Below are positions 23,302-35,037 of a DNA stretch of 64,000 nucleotides, one piece after another. The notes under the pieces were generated by a model. The model was not told the origin of the DNA. It saw only the letters and a program-made list of their open reading frames with translations, and searched no databases. The DNA comes from Phaeosaccion multiseriatum (taxonomy: Eukaryota; Protista; Ochrophyta, other classes): positions 1,674,001 through 1,738,000 of the forward strand of contig OZ218952.1 in the NCBI GenBank assembly GCA_965112735.1, read 5' to 3'. The translations under genes and the position numbers were made by a program. How positions within the stretch are numbered: the first letter of the stretch is position 1; the number at the start of each line of letters is the position of its first letter.

Positions 23302-26300
23302 ATGCCCTTGGTACGTCACGACAGCACCGGGCCTTATAAATCTCCTGGAGATGGGAAGCCTGCGCCACAGAGCCCTGCTCTGGCTAGGCAGAAGCAGATA
23401 CTGGCGCGGGCGAAGGAGCAGCGTGCAGGGATGACCTTCACGGGCCGCACCCCGGATCTAAGGAAGACACCAGAGATGATTAATCCTTCGCCGGGCAGCT
23501 CGTTGCGGTGAGTGCTCGAAGCGGAGCGACGTAGGGAGAAGAAGAGGGCGGAGAAGAGGCTTTGAGTGCACCATGCGTGTGTTGTGTGGAAGACGCCGTG
23601 CTGCATTCACCTCTACAGTTTGGTTTGGCCCCCTCCCCTTCTCTACCCCGTCTCCGCCCTCTACCCACCGCCAGCACACGACCCACCCTCCCTGCTGCTG
23701 CTCCTCTTGCGGACGCTTATCCGATAACCACCCCCCCCCCCTACAGGGTGAGCAACCCCTTCTCTGCAGCCTTCAACCTCATCGCCACCATCGCCGGGGG
23801 CGGCGCGCTCTCCTTACCCTACGCCTTTAGTCTGACAGGATGGCTGCTAGGCATGGTTCTCCTGCTCATCGCAGGAGTAGCGTCCTACTTCTCCTTGTAC
23901 ATTCTCTGTGCTTGCGCAAGGAGGACTGGCACTTCAAACTTTATGGAGGTACAAACGACGCTCATTTTTTGGCTGCTTGGAAGGTTTAGAGAGAGGGAGT
24001 GCTGAGAAGAAACGGCCGCTACCTACCGAGCACGAGTGCTTACTCCCATGTCATGGATCCTCTCTCTGCTCCATCCATCTCACACTGCTCCGACGATGTT
24101 CGTCGCCTCGCCTTGTCTGCCCTGTCCTCCTCCCTCCCTTCCCTCCCTTCCCTCCCTCCCCATCCCTCTCTGCCTTGCTGGTACTACTTGTCACTCTAGG
24201 TGGCCCGCGCTGCCCTCGGTCCCATCGGTGGCCACGCGAGCACCACCCTCCTCCTCATCCTGACCTTCTTCGTGGTGGTCGGTTACATGATCCTTGTGCG
24301 CGACATTTGGTCAGGCCTCCTGGCCTTTGTACTGGGCCGCCCGGATGCGCTGACGGATCAAGAGCAGAGTATTGTGCTTTATATATGCCTGCTCATAACG
24401 TTGCCCTTGTGCCTGGCGAAGGACCTCCACGCCATGAGGCATGTGTCCTTCGTGGGCTTCTTTTCGCTTGTGGCCCTGACTCTGGCCATTGCCTACCGAA
24501 GCATGCAAGTGAGTGTCCTTGGGTTCATTGACTTGAAGTGCCTGCGTTGGTGGGGTAGTGGGGGTGTTCCGGGTGAAGCCCTTTGGCGCTTGTATGAAGG
24601 AGGGGAGTTTTTTTCTTCGCTTGCCTCCTTCCTCTTCTCCACTCCTCTCTTCTCTACCCTCCTTCTTCTCCACTCCTCCCTTCTCTACCCTCCTTCTTCT
24701 CCACTCCTCCCTTCTCTACCCTCCTTCTTCTCCACTCCTCCCTTCTCTACCCTCCTTCTTCTCCACTCCTCCCTTCTCTACCCTCCTTCTTCTCCACTCC
24801 TCGATTCTCTACCCTCCTTCTTCTCCACTCCTCCCTTCTCTACCCTCCTTCTTCTCCACTCCTCCCTTCTCTACCCTCCTTCTTCTCCACTCCTCCCTTC
24901 TCTACCCTCCTTCTTCTGCACTCACTCCTCCCATCTCTACCCTCCTTCTTCTCCACTCCTCCCTTCTCTACCCTCCTTCTTCTCCACTCCTCCCTTCTCT
25001 ACCCTCCTTCTTCTCCACTCCTCCCTTCTCTACCCTCCTTCTTCTCCACTCCTCCCTTCTCTACCCTCCTTCTTCTCCACTCCTCCCTTCTCTACCCTCC
25101 TTCTTCTCCACTCCTCCCTTCTCTACCCTCCTTCTTCTCCACTCCTCCCTTCTCTACCCTCCTTCTTCTCCACTCCTCCCTTCTGTACCCTCCTTCTTCT
25201 CCACTCCTCCCTTCTCTACCCTCCTTCTTCTCCACTCCTCCCTTCTCTACCCTCCTTCTTCTCCACTCCTCCCTTCTCTATCCTCCTGCTTCTCCACTCC
25301 TCCCTTCTCTACCCTCCTTCTTCTCCACTCCTCCCTTCTCTACCCTCCTTCTTCTCCACTCCTCCCTTCTCTACCCTCCTTCTTCTCCACTCCTCCCTTC
25401 TCTACCCTCCTTCTTCTCCACTCCTCCCTTCTCTACCCTCCTTCTTCTCCACTCCTCCCTTCTCTACCCTCCTTCTTCTCCACTCCTCCCTTCTCTACCC
25501 TCCTTCTTCTCCACTCCTCCCTTCTCTACCCTCCTTCTTCTCCACTCCTCCCTTCTCTACCCTCCTTCTTCTCCACTCCTCCCTTCTCTATCCTCCTGCT
25601 TCTCCACTCCTCCCTTCTCTACCCTCCTTCTTCTCCACTCCTCCCTTCTCTACCCTCCTTCTTCTCCACTCCTCCCTTCTCTACCCTCCTTCTTCTCCAC
25701 TCACTCCTTCCTTCTCTACCCTCCTTCTTCTGCACTCACTCCTTCCTTCTCTACCCTCCTTCTTCTCCACTCCTCCCTTCTCTACCCTCCTCCTTCTCCA
25801 CTCCTCCCTTCTCTACCCTCCTTCGGGGTGTGTTCTACCCTTTGCTCTTCACCGCCTGCTCCCCCTTCCCCTCCTCTCTCTCACGTCCCCCCTCCCCTCT
25901 CTCTCTATATGTGTGTATGCGTGTACGTTGTGCACTGCAAACAGGTGAACACCGCAGTGCCCGAGCAGCGGCTGCGGCTTGTCGCGGTGACTGACAACCT
26001 ACAAGACGCCCTCCACGCCTTCCCCATCATGTCTCTGGCCTTTCTCTGCCAAATGAACATCCTCTCTGTGCACTCCTCCCTCGTCATCCCAACTCGGGAT
26101 CGAGTCAACAAAGTCATCGGCGGGTCCGTGGGCTCTACCCTCATCCTCTACCTCTTCTTTGGCTTCCTTGGCTACAGGTGAGTCATCAAGTCAAGGTGGA
26201 CGCAGTGGTAGAGATAAGATAGATGCATTGGCCAAGTTTTGGCTCCCTGAGGCTGGAGCGGGGGAGGGTGGGGGAAAGGGAGGGTGGGGGAAAGGGCGGC

Positions 26301-27732
26301 CGAGTGAAGCTGCATGCACAAGAAAAGCGCATGAGAAGCGGAGTGGGATGGGCGGGGGCATGCCAAGGGGTTGGTATGATGACCTGTGCTTTATTTGCCT
26401 GCCCCACCCCCCACCAAGCAAGCGACCAACCAACCAACCAACCAACCAACCAACCAACCAACCAACCAACCAACCAACCAACCAACCAACCAACCAACCA
26501 ACCTACATCACCACCTTCACTTCACTCGCAACAGTTTCGCCGTGGAGGATACGCAAGGTGATATCTTCCTCAACTTCCCAGCCTCAGACATGCTCATCCT
26601 CATCGGCAAGGTGGGCTTCGGAGTGGCCATGCTTGTGTGTGTACCCATGCTCGTGTTGCCTTGTCGGGAGGCTTTCTTGACACTGTGTGGGAGTGTCGCG
26701 GACGCGTGGAAGGCGAGGCGTGCGGGAGGGAGCAGCAGCAGTAGTGAGGAGGGGGAGCAAAGCTTGTTAGTAGATAACAAGAGCAACAGCAGCAATGGAG
26801 CAGCAATTACCGGACGAGCGCCTTCTTCATCCAACGGTTACTCGGCAGTTGTCAGTACGGCGGAGGCAGGAGGGGTGGAGGCGGAGGAGGTGAAGGACGA
26901 AGACAACATAACCCCTGTGGGAGGAGCTGTTGGTGCTGCTGCGGGTACCGGAGGAGGAGGAGGAGGGGCATCATCCTCGCTCGCACATTCGATTCGGCAC
27001 TTCTGCGTCACTGTTGGCATCATGGGCACGTGTTTGTACTGCGCATTGAACATCCCCGGGGTGGCCACTGTGTGGAGCGTTTGCGGGGCGAGCGTGGGCT
27101 TTACCACGGCCTACGGACTGCCTGCCCTGTTCTACATCAAGGTGTGTGTTCAGACTCCACTCCAATCACTCGACTCACTCTACTCACCCACCCATTCACT
27201 CACTCACTCACTCACTCACTCACTCACTCACTCACTCACTCACTCACTCACTCACTCACTCACTCACTCACTCACTCACTCACTCACTCACTCACTCACT
27301 CACTCACTCACTCACTCTCTCTCTCTCCCTCACTCACCCACTCACTCACCCACTCGCTCACTCACTCACTGACTCACTCCCTCACTCACTCCCTCACTCA
27401 CTCACTCACTCACTCACTCCCTCACTCACTCACTCACTCACTCACTCACTCACTCACTCACTCACTCACTCACTCACTCACTCACTCACTCACTCACTCA
27501 CTCACTCACTCACTCACTCACTCACTCACTCACTCACTCACCCACTCACCCACCTACCCACCCACGCACTCACTCCCTCACACGCACTCACACACTCACT
27601 CTCTTCATGAAGGTGCGAAGCAAGAAGAAGGCCAACTGGAGGAGGGCTGCCGCTTACCTCATGCTTTTGGTCACGGCCGTGGCGGTGGTTGTGTGTACAC
27701 GCAACTCTCTGCAGGAGGCAGGCCTTCTCTGA
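23302..27732 (+). CDS. Amino-acid transporter, Aa_trans family (SLC38/AVT6-like), 6 exons, about 558 aa
   Basis: Exons 23302-23507, 23747-23948, 24200-24508, 25945-26177, 26535-27141, 27613-27732 (1677 nt). Motifs '[21 protein letters not shown]', '[16 protein letters not shown]', '[18 protein letters not shown]', '[15 protein letters not shown]' and multiple hydrophobic helices. Start exon less certain. Confidence 0.88.
24626..25824 (+). repeat. 31-bp pyrimidine-rich minisatellite (CCCTCCTTCTTCTCCACTCCTCCCTTCTCTA), about 38 copies, intronic
   Basis: Direct reading; the spurious ORFs over it have 31-aa periodicity. Confidence 0.95.
27165..27600 (+). repeat. (CACT)n microsatellite in the last transporter intron
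   Basis: Direct reading; similar arrays at about 41520-41830 and 47200-47545. Confidence 0.95.
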
Positions 27733-28054
27733 ATGGGGCATGGGAGGGGAAGGAGGGTGGTGCTATTTATCTTATCTATCTGCCTACGGTAGCTTTCAAT
27801 CTATCTAGCGGGTTTTCTATCTCTCTCTCTCATCGATACATGTGAGGATGGTCTCTGAGTGAGGCATGGGAGGGCAGGGGAGCAGGAGGAGGGGGAGGAG
27901 GGCGGTGCTGTCTATCTGGCTACGGTAGTTACTTTAAATTTATCTTCTCTCATCGATGTGTGTGAAGAGTGAGGATGGTGTCTCTGAGTGAAGGCATGAG
28001 AGGGCAGGGGGAGGAGGGGAGGAGGGCGGTGCTATGTATCTTGCTACGGTAGCT

Positions 28055-28220
28055 AGACATCTATCTATCTAGCGAGCTATCTATCTATTGTCTAGACATC
28101 TTCAACATCTATCTATCTAGCGAGCTATCTATCTATTGTCTAGACATCTATCTATCTAGCGAGCTATCTATCTATTGTCTAGACATCTATCTATCTAGCG
28201 AGCTATCTATCTATTGTCAT
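28055..28220. repeat. About 39-bp tandem repeat (AGACATCTATCTATCTAGCGAGCTATCTATCTATTGTCT), about 4 copies
   Basis: Direct reading, downstream of the transporter stop. Confidence 0.85.
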
Positions 28221-28529
28221 CAATACATTGAGGAGTGAGGATGGTGTCTCCGAAGAAGGGGGGGTGGGAGGGGGGAAGGGGGAGAGGCATGAATGACAAG
28301 ACAAGATGACAACTTTTTTTTTTTTTTTTTTTTTTTAAATTAAATTACGCAGACTTGTGGGCGCATACATATTCCCACATCAAGCGCAAGCGTGCCAAGT
28401 TTCGTATTGTAGCCCCCAAGATGAAGAGGGGAAGGAAGTACAAATGGAGAGAGAGGGAGGAATATGGGCCATGCAGGAATATGGGCCTTCTATTTTTCTT
28501 GATCTCCACAAACAAAATTAATAAAGGGA

Positions 28530-30281
28530 ATGAAGAGCGTGGTGATCGATAACGGGGCTGGTACCATCAAGGCAGGCTTCGCAGGGGACAACCAGCCAAA
28601 AATATGCATGCCGAACTGCGCGGCTAAGTTGAAGGGCCAGCTCAGGGTACGAAAATGCACCCCCTTCCTCCTCCTCCACCTCCCTTCCCACCCAACCCCC
28701 TCCACACCTTCCTTGACCTATACCATCTGCTCCTCCTACGTTTTGTGTCCTCCTCCTGAAGCTTCGTTCCTCACCATGTGCTCAATTTCCTCTCCCTGTC
28801 CCTTTCTTCTGGCGGGCTCGCTCTCACTATACCAACCCCTTGATCAGACGCTTGTCGGCGACGAGACTGTGGGGACTGTGCGAGACAGCAGCCAGCTTAC
28901 CTTTCTTCGGCCTTTCGACAGAGGCCATCTATTGAAGTGGGGAACAGAGCTTGAGGTGAGGTCTTAGGGGGGGGGGGGCAAGATTGATCGGGCTACCCTC
29001 CACACTCTTGGAGCACTTCTCTTTTCCCACATGCATATTGCCTCTCTGACCAAAGGTGTCGATGTGTGGCTGCCTTTCCCCCTTCATTGCCTCCTCCTTT
29101 CTTAATGAATGTCTGTCGCCTCTCCTGATGATGATGATGATGATTATGATTATGATGATGATGATGAGCAGATTTGGCACCGGCTCTTTGACCAAGGCCA
29201 CCTCTCCATCTCCCCGTCGGAGCACTCCCTCCTCCTGACCGAGGCCCCATTCTCTCCGCTTGTGTTGCAAGAAACGACCAATGAAGTCGTCTTTGAGGTG
29301 TGTGCTCAGCCAGCAGAGGACTAGAGCAAGGGGAAGGCCTTCCCCACATCTGCCCCTTGCTTGTGCAAACATGCTTCTCTCTCTCTCTCTATTTTACATG
29401 TATTGCTTCTCTCTCACTCTCACATTCTTCTCTCACTCACTGACCCACTCCCTCACTTTCTCTCGCTCTACAAACGCATACATGACCTTCCTCCCTCCCA
29501 ATGCAGGAGTTAGGCTTCCAGGGCTTGTACAGAAGCCCCTCCTCCGCGCTGAGCATGTATTACGAGCGGGCGGCGGAGAAGGGTGGACACGGCCAGCAGG
29601 GAAGCGGAGGACCTGTTGGGAGGGGCGCGCTGGCAGGCCATGGTGAGCATACAGATTGATGGCTGGAGAGAGAATAGAGACAATTGATGAGCTGATAGGA
29701 CCTACTTACTGGGCTCGGCTTGGTAGGATCCCTTCCATGGGCAATAGTGGCAAGGGTGTGTGTGTGTGTATGTGTCTCCTCCACCCAAGGTTGTCTCTTC
29801 TATACAACAAAAGGGTTTGCGGTTCCTCCTCCTCCTCCTCCTCCTCCTCCTCCTCCTCCTCCTCCTCCTCCTCCTCCTCTCGTCCTTTCCAAGACGTTAT
29901 TGAGAGGGGTGGGCGCGGCTTCCCTGTCTCATCTCTCCTCTCCGTCTTCTCTTTGACTTCCGTGTGATCTCTCTCTTGATTGTGCCCCGCCCCTCCCCCC
30001 CCCCCAACGCGTGCGTTCATCAGAGGCATCTTACGTGGTGGCCGAGGGATCGACGCTGAGGTGTGAGAGATGTACATGTGGCAGTGTCATGATTGTGCCT
30101 TCACTCCCCTGTCCTCTCCCTCTATCTCTCCCCCCCTCTCTGCCTCTCTCTCTCCTGAGATTCAACTCCCCGTTCCTCACCACCTGCGCCCTCCTCTCCC
30201 CTCCCGCTGCCGCCGCCTGCGACATACACACGCTCTGCCTTTTACACGTTCTGCCCCGAACGCACACACACACACGCACAC

Positions 30282-30315
<34 letters not shown>

Positions 30316-31953
30316 CAATCACCAATGCTTCGTTCCTCTGCCTGCTCTACATCCGCACAGCGGCCATCCAGGGGCCTCTGCACACGTCGGGAGGCCCCAG
30401 CCCGATGCCATGATCGTGGTGGAGTCTGGTTTCAGCTTCACACATGTGGTTCCCTTTGTGTCCGGCCGGGCCCTCCAGGGTGGGGTGGTAAGGCTCAATG
30501 TGGGGGGTAAGCTGCTGACGAACCATCTGAAGAAGGTTGTGTCTTACCGTCAGTGGAACATGATGGACGAGTTTCAGCTCATGAATGAGGTGAGGCAGGG
30601 AGGGAGGGAGGGAGGGAGGGAGGAAGGGAGCGAAGGGAGGGAGGAAGGGTGCGAAGGGAGAAAGGTAGGAAGGCGGAAATGAGACGGTCAGTCCGTCATT
30701 GGGGCAAGCGTTGAATCAGTCAGTCAGTCAGTCAGCAGTCAGTCAGTCAGCAGTCAGTCAGTCAGTCAGTTATTAAGCCAGTCAGTCAGTCAGTCAGTCA
30801 GTCAGTCCGACTGGACGGTACCTTGGCATGAGAGGGGTGATTCGTTTTTCCGCTTCTTTGTCCCAAATCTCTCACCCCCCCCCCCATTTCTCCCCCCCCC
30901 CTAAAACGCTTGGTCTCCTTGCCGTTGCCGCCTCCCGTCCTTCCGAACAACCAACAGGTCAAGGAGTCTCTCTGCTATGTGAGTCAGGACTTCAAGGCTG
31001 ACTTGAACTCGACATCCCCGGACAAGAAGAGGAGCAGGCCTCCAGGGGATCATGGCCTTCTCCGAGAGTTCGTACTGCCCGACTTCAAGACCGTAAATAA
31101 GGTGAGTGAGTGAGTGAGTGAGTGAGTATTGAGCAGAGAGAGAAGAGGGACGTTCGAGAGGAGAGGGAAAGCAGGGCAAGGTAGAGCAGGGCAGGGCATG
31201 GCTCTCTCTCTCTCTCTCTCTCTCCCTTCCTCTCACTCCCCCTCCTCCCTGTCCCCCTCCCTGCCCCCCTCTCTCTCTCCCTACTCTCCCCGAAAGGGCT
31301 TCGCAAGGGAGGTGGACGATGAGGCTCGCCGACGGCGGCTCCAGGGGGGCGGCGAGGAGGAGGACCACCAAGTCCTCACCATGGAGAGAGAGCGTTTCAG
31401 TGTGCCGGAGGTGCTGTTCCACCCGAGTGACATTGGGCTAAAGCAGGCAGGGGTGGCAGAGAGCGTAGCAGCGGCCATTCACAAGTGCGACCCCACCGTC
31501 CAGCCCGGGCTGTGGGGAAACGTGTTGCTGGTGGGGGGCAACACACTCTTCCCTGGCTATCAGGTGCGTTACGGTTACGGTAGTTGTTTAATAGTAGTGT
31601 AGAGAGGGGGAAGGGGGAGAGGATGAAAGGCTTGAAAGGCGTGTGCGATGCGGGTATTGTGTAGAGAGGGGGAAAAGACGAAAGGATTGAAAGGCTTATA
31701 CAATGCGTGTGTGGATGATGCGCTGGTGGGATTGTTTAATAGCTTCTGTAACTTCAAGATCCTGTTGAAGGTCCAGAACGCGGGCCCCGTACCCTGTCCA
31801 ACTTGCCCTCCTCTCCAAGGCCTCCTTCAGTGAACGGCCGCCGTGCCTTTCTCTCTTAGTGCCTGCTCTGGTACTGGCCCTCTTTGCGCACTTGCACCTA
31901 CACACACACACACGAAACACCCACACACCCACACCCACCCACCCACCCACACC

Positions 31954-32003
<50 letters not shown>

Positions 32004-32208
32004 GATGCGCATGGCCACCGAACTGCGCAAGCTTGCGCCGGAGTGGTGTGACGTGAATGTGAGCACGCCCAAGGATCCGATTTGCCACGCGTGGAAGGGG
32101 GGATCTCTTTTCGCCTCGAGCAGAGAGTTTAAGGACTTTGTCGTGACCAAGGCCGAGTACGAGGAGCATGGACACAGGATATGTCACAGCAAGTTCTCGG
32201 GTTGGTGA
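28530..32208 (+). CDS. ARP6: Actin-related protein 6 (SWR1 complex), 9 exons, about 455 aa
   Basis: Exons 28530-28646, 28848-28955, 29172-29297, 29507-29642, 30024-30060 (37-nt exon inferred from phase), 30361-30589, 30958-31101, 31297-31563, 32005-32208 (1368 nt). Motifs 'VVIDNGAGTIKAG', 'VVESGFSFTHVVP', 'GGKLLTNHLKKVVSYRQWNMMDE', 'ERFSVPEVLFHPSDIG', 'VVTKAEYEEHG' fit ARP6. Confidence 0.92.
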
Positions 32209-33046
32209 TTTGGAATTGGGGAGAATCTGTGAGTCCTGCTCGGTTGGAAGTACTACCTCACTCCAACACGGGATACATATACGCCACAGCAAGAGGAAGT
32301 GGAGGAGCTGAGTTAGAAACTACAGCCCGCAGCAATTTCTCGGCTTGGTAGGGGTGGTCAGAGGCGAGCTGCGTCGAAGCTGTTGGCATTACAGCTTTCT
32401 GCCATCCATCCCTCCCTCCATCCATCCATCCATCCATCCATCCCTCCATCCATCCATCCATCCATCCATCCATCCATTGCCATCCATCCATCCATCAATC
32501 CACACAGCCTCCGAAGGAAGGCTGACGGGGTGGCACAGCGAGAAGAACGACTCGCTGGGGAGGGGGTTGGGCTGACCCGCCAGACTACAGAGCATCGTGA
32601 AAGTATATCGATGGGATTGGGTGATGCCGCAGCGCAGCAGCGCAGCAGCAGCGCAGCAGCAGTGTCTGTCCGAGGATTCCCTACCGGCAACAGTGATGGA
32701 GTCCAGTCGCCGCGCCAACAGCATGGCCCAAGCTTTGGCTGCAGAGACATGAGAGGGGATTGTGTGAAGCGACCATCGCCATTATCACACACTCTCCGGC
32801 TGCTTCCTTCGTATGCTGTGTGCTTGCTCCGGACGGACATGACCTGGGATGCCCCGGGGAACAAGGAGAAGCCTGAGACTGATGTTCTACGCCTCTGTGG
32901 CAGTCCGCTCAGACCCTCCCCCCCGGGGGCTTGTTGATCAGAGCATGTCAGCAGAGCAGCGTCGAGGTCAAGAGGGAGGAAAGCACTCGGGGATGGGAAC
33001 GACACACCTTGCTTGGCGCCTGCTACTCAATGAGTGTCAATGAGTC

Positions 33047-33440
33047 TCAATGAGGCTCCAGTCGTCGAGCACGCCTCATGCTCCCCCCCCCCCCCCACCA
33101 CTCTCGATGCTTTCCCAATTGCGCTTGTAAGACGCAAGACGCGCGGTTAGAGTTTCCGAACCGCAGGGCATTGATTCTTCGCTTCTTGTCTTCTGCGTGG
33201 GAGGGGAGAGAGAGAGAGAGGGGGGGGGGGGGGGGCTGCGCGCCGGTGTCCTGTCTCCGGACCAAACGAGGGTGGGGGGAGCAGCGCGTTGAAGCTCGAC
33301 GAAACGAGAAGGGGCACGTTTGATTTACGTTTGGCTCCGCCCGTTCGTTCGGGTTGGCGACAGCAGGGTAGCAGGACAGGGCAAGAAATAGAGTAGAGGT
33401 TGTGAGCGAACCAGCGCAGGAGTTCGGGGCCCTTCGCCAT
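33047..33440 (-). CDS. Putative small orphan spliced gene (3' structure uncertain)
   Basis: ATG at 33440, donor GTAAAT after 33329, strong polypyrimidine acceptor (CCCC..CTCTCT..CCCACGCAG) before 33192, phase-consistent. No recognisable domain. Confidence 0.35.
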
Positions 33441-33565
33441 CGTCAACATGTCAAGGAAAGTAGGGCTCGACTGTCTTCGTCGAACGTCGATATGTGCATT
33501 GTGTGGCTGAGAAAGGGGAGGAAGGGGAAAACACTCCCCCCCCTCCCCTCTTTTCTTAACTTTGG

Positions 33566-34644
33566 TTACTGTAGAGTGCCATCTCTTGGGTCCCTCTGTA
33601 TTGGGTACCGCCCCCCTTCGTCCGCCCCTCTCTCCCCGGACTCGACCTCTCTTTCTCCTCTGTCACCCTCTTCTTCCTCGTCCTCCTCTTCGTCCTCCTC
33701 CCCTCCCCCTTCCTCCTCCTCCTCCTCCTCCTCCTCCTCCTGCTGCTGCTGGTGGTGCTGCCGTCGCCCCTCGAGCACATACTGTCCCTCTTGGCCATTC
33801 CCGTACCCTCCTCCTCCTTCTCCTCCTCCTCCTCCTCCTCCTCCACCTCCTCCACCCCCTTCCCCCTCCCCATTGGCCAGAAACTCGGCCCCATCGATGC
33901 TCATCGCACCGTCCATAAAAGACGGATCGAAGGGAAAGCCACCACCACCACCACCACCACCACCACCACGACCGCCGCCGCCGACGCTGCCACTGCCCCG
34001 AATGTCGTCTCCGGCCCTGGGAGGCATGGGGTCTCGGTCCTTGTGAGCTTCCAAGTGCAGGTTGTCGTAGTAGCGCCGAACCTTTTGCTTTTGTTTCCTG
34101 GCCCGGCGGAAGTACTGCTCGTCCTTTTCCTTCTTGGCCTGCTCTCTTCGAGCCGCCTCTTCCTCTTGCCGCCGCAGCTCTCGCAGCTCCTTCTCCTCCT
34201 TCTTGCTCAGCCACTCTTGCAGCTGCAGCGTCTTGCGCATTCTCTCCTTGGCCGCTTTGAGCTCTCGCTTTAACCGCCGCTCCTCCTCCTCCGCGTAACC
34301 GCCAACCGAGGAAGCCCCACCCCTCACTACCACCTGCGAGTCGTTGCCCCCCTTGCCACGCACTCGGTACGAGATATCTGTCGCCCCTGGCAACAGTCCG
34401 TTCTCTCCTCCTCCTCCTGCTCCTCCTCCTCCTCCTCCTCCTCCTCCTCCTCCTCCTCCTCCTCCTGCTCCTGCTCCTTCTCCTCCTCCCCCCCCCCCTA
34501 ACTGCTAGCGCCGCTGCTACTGCGGGCGGTGGTACTTGCCCAACCCCCCCTCCGAGCCCCCCCACACCTCCCGTACCTCTACCGCCATCGCTGCTGCTGC
34601 TGACACCCCCTATAGAAGCACCGGGTACTCTCGGTAGCGCCACT

Positions 34645-34676
<32 letters not shown>

Positions 34677-34989
34677 CTGTTGTTGTTGTTGTTGGTGCTG
34701 TATCACCAACTGCTGCTGCTGCTGAAGCCTATTGGGCATCTCTTCCTCCCCACTTCGGCCGTTACAGACGTGTGTGCTGCTGCTGTTGTTGCCGTTGCTA
34801 CCATTGCAGCCGACTTCAACCCTCATGCTTGGAGCAGTGGCGGACGCTGTTAAACCACCCTCCGCCTCCGCTACTGCGAACGATGGCGATGGCGATGGTG
34901 ACGGCCCCGTCTGACCGCTCTTCCTCTTCCCTACTGCTATGGTCGCCTCAATTGCCTCCAGTGCGGACTCTTCCATCCGCTCTAGCTGC

Positions 34990-35037
<48 letters not shown>

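Noticed and set aside
28314-28336. T23 run as a retroelement poly(A) tail
   Set aside because: No TSD or element body is recognisable; it may simply be a promoter-proximal poly(dA:dT) tract.
1-32208. EAF1 and ARP6 as an H2A.Z/chromatin gene cluster
   Set aside because: They are 27 kb apart with unrelated genes between; no evidence beyond chance.
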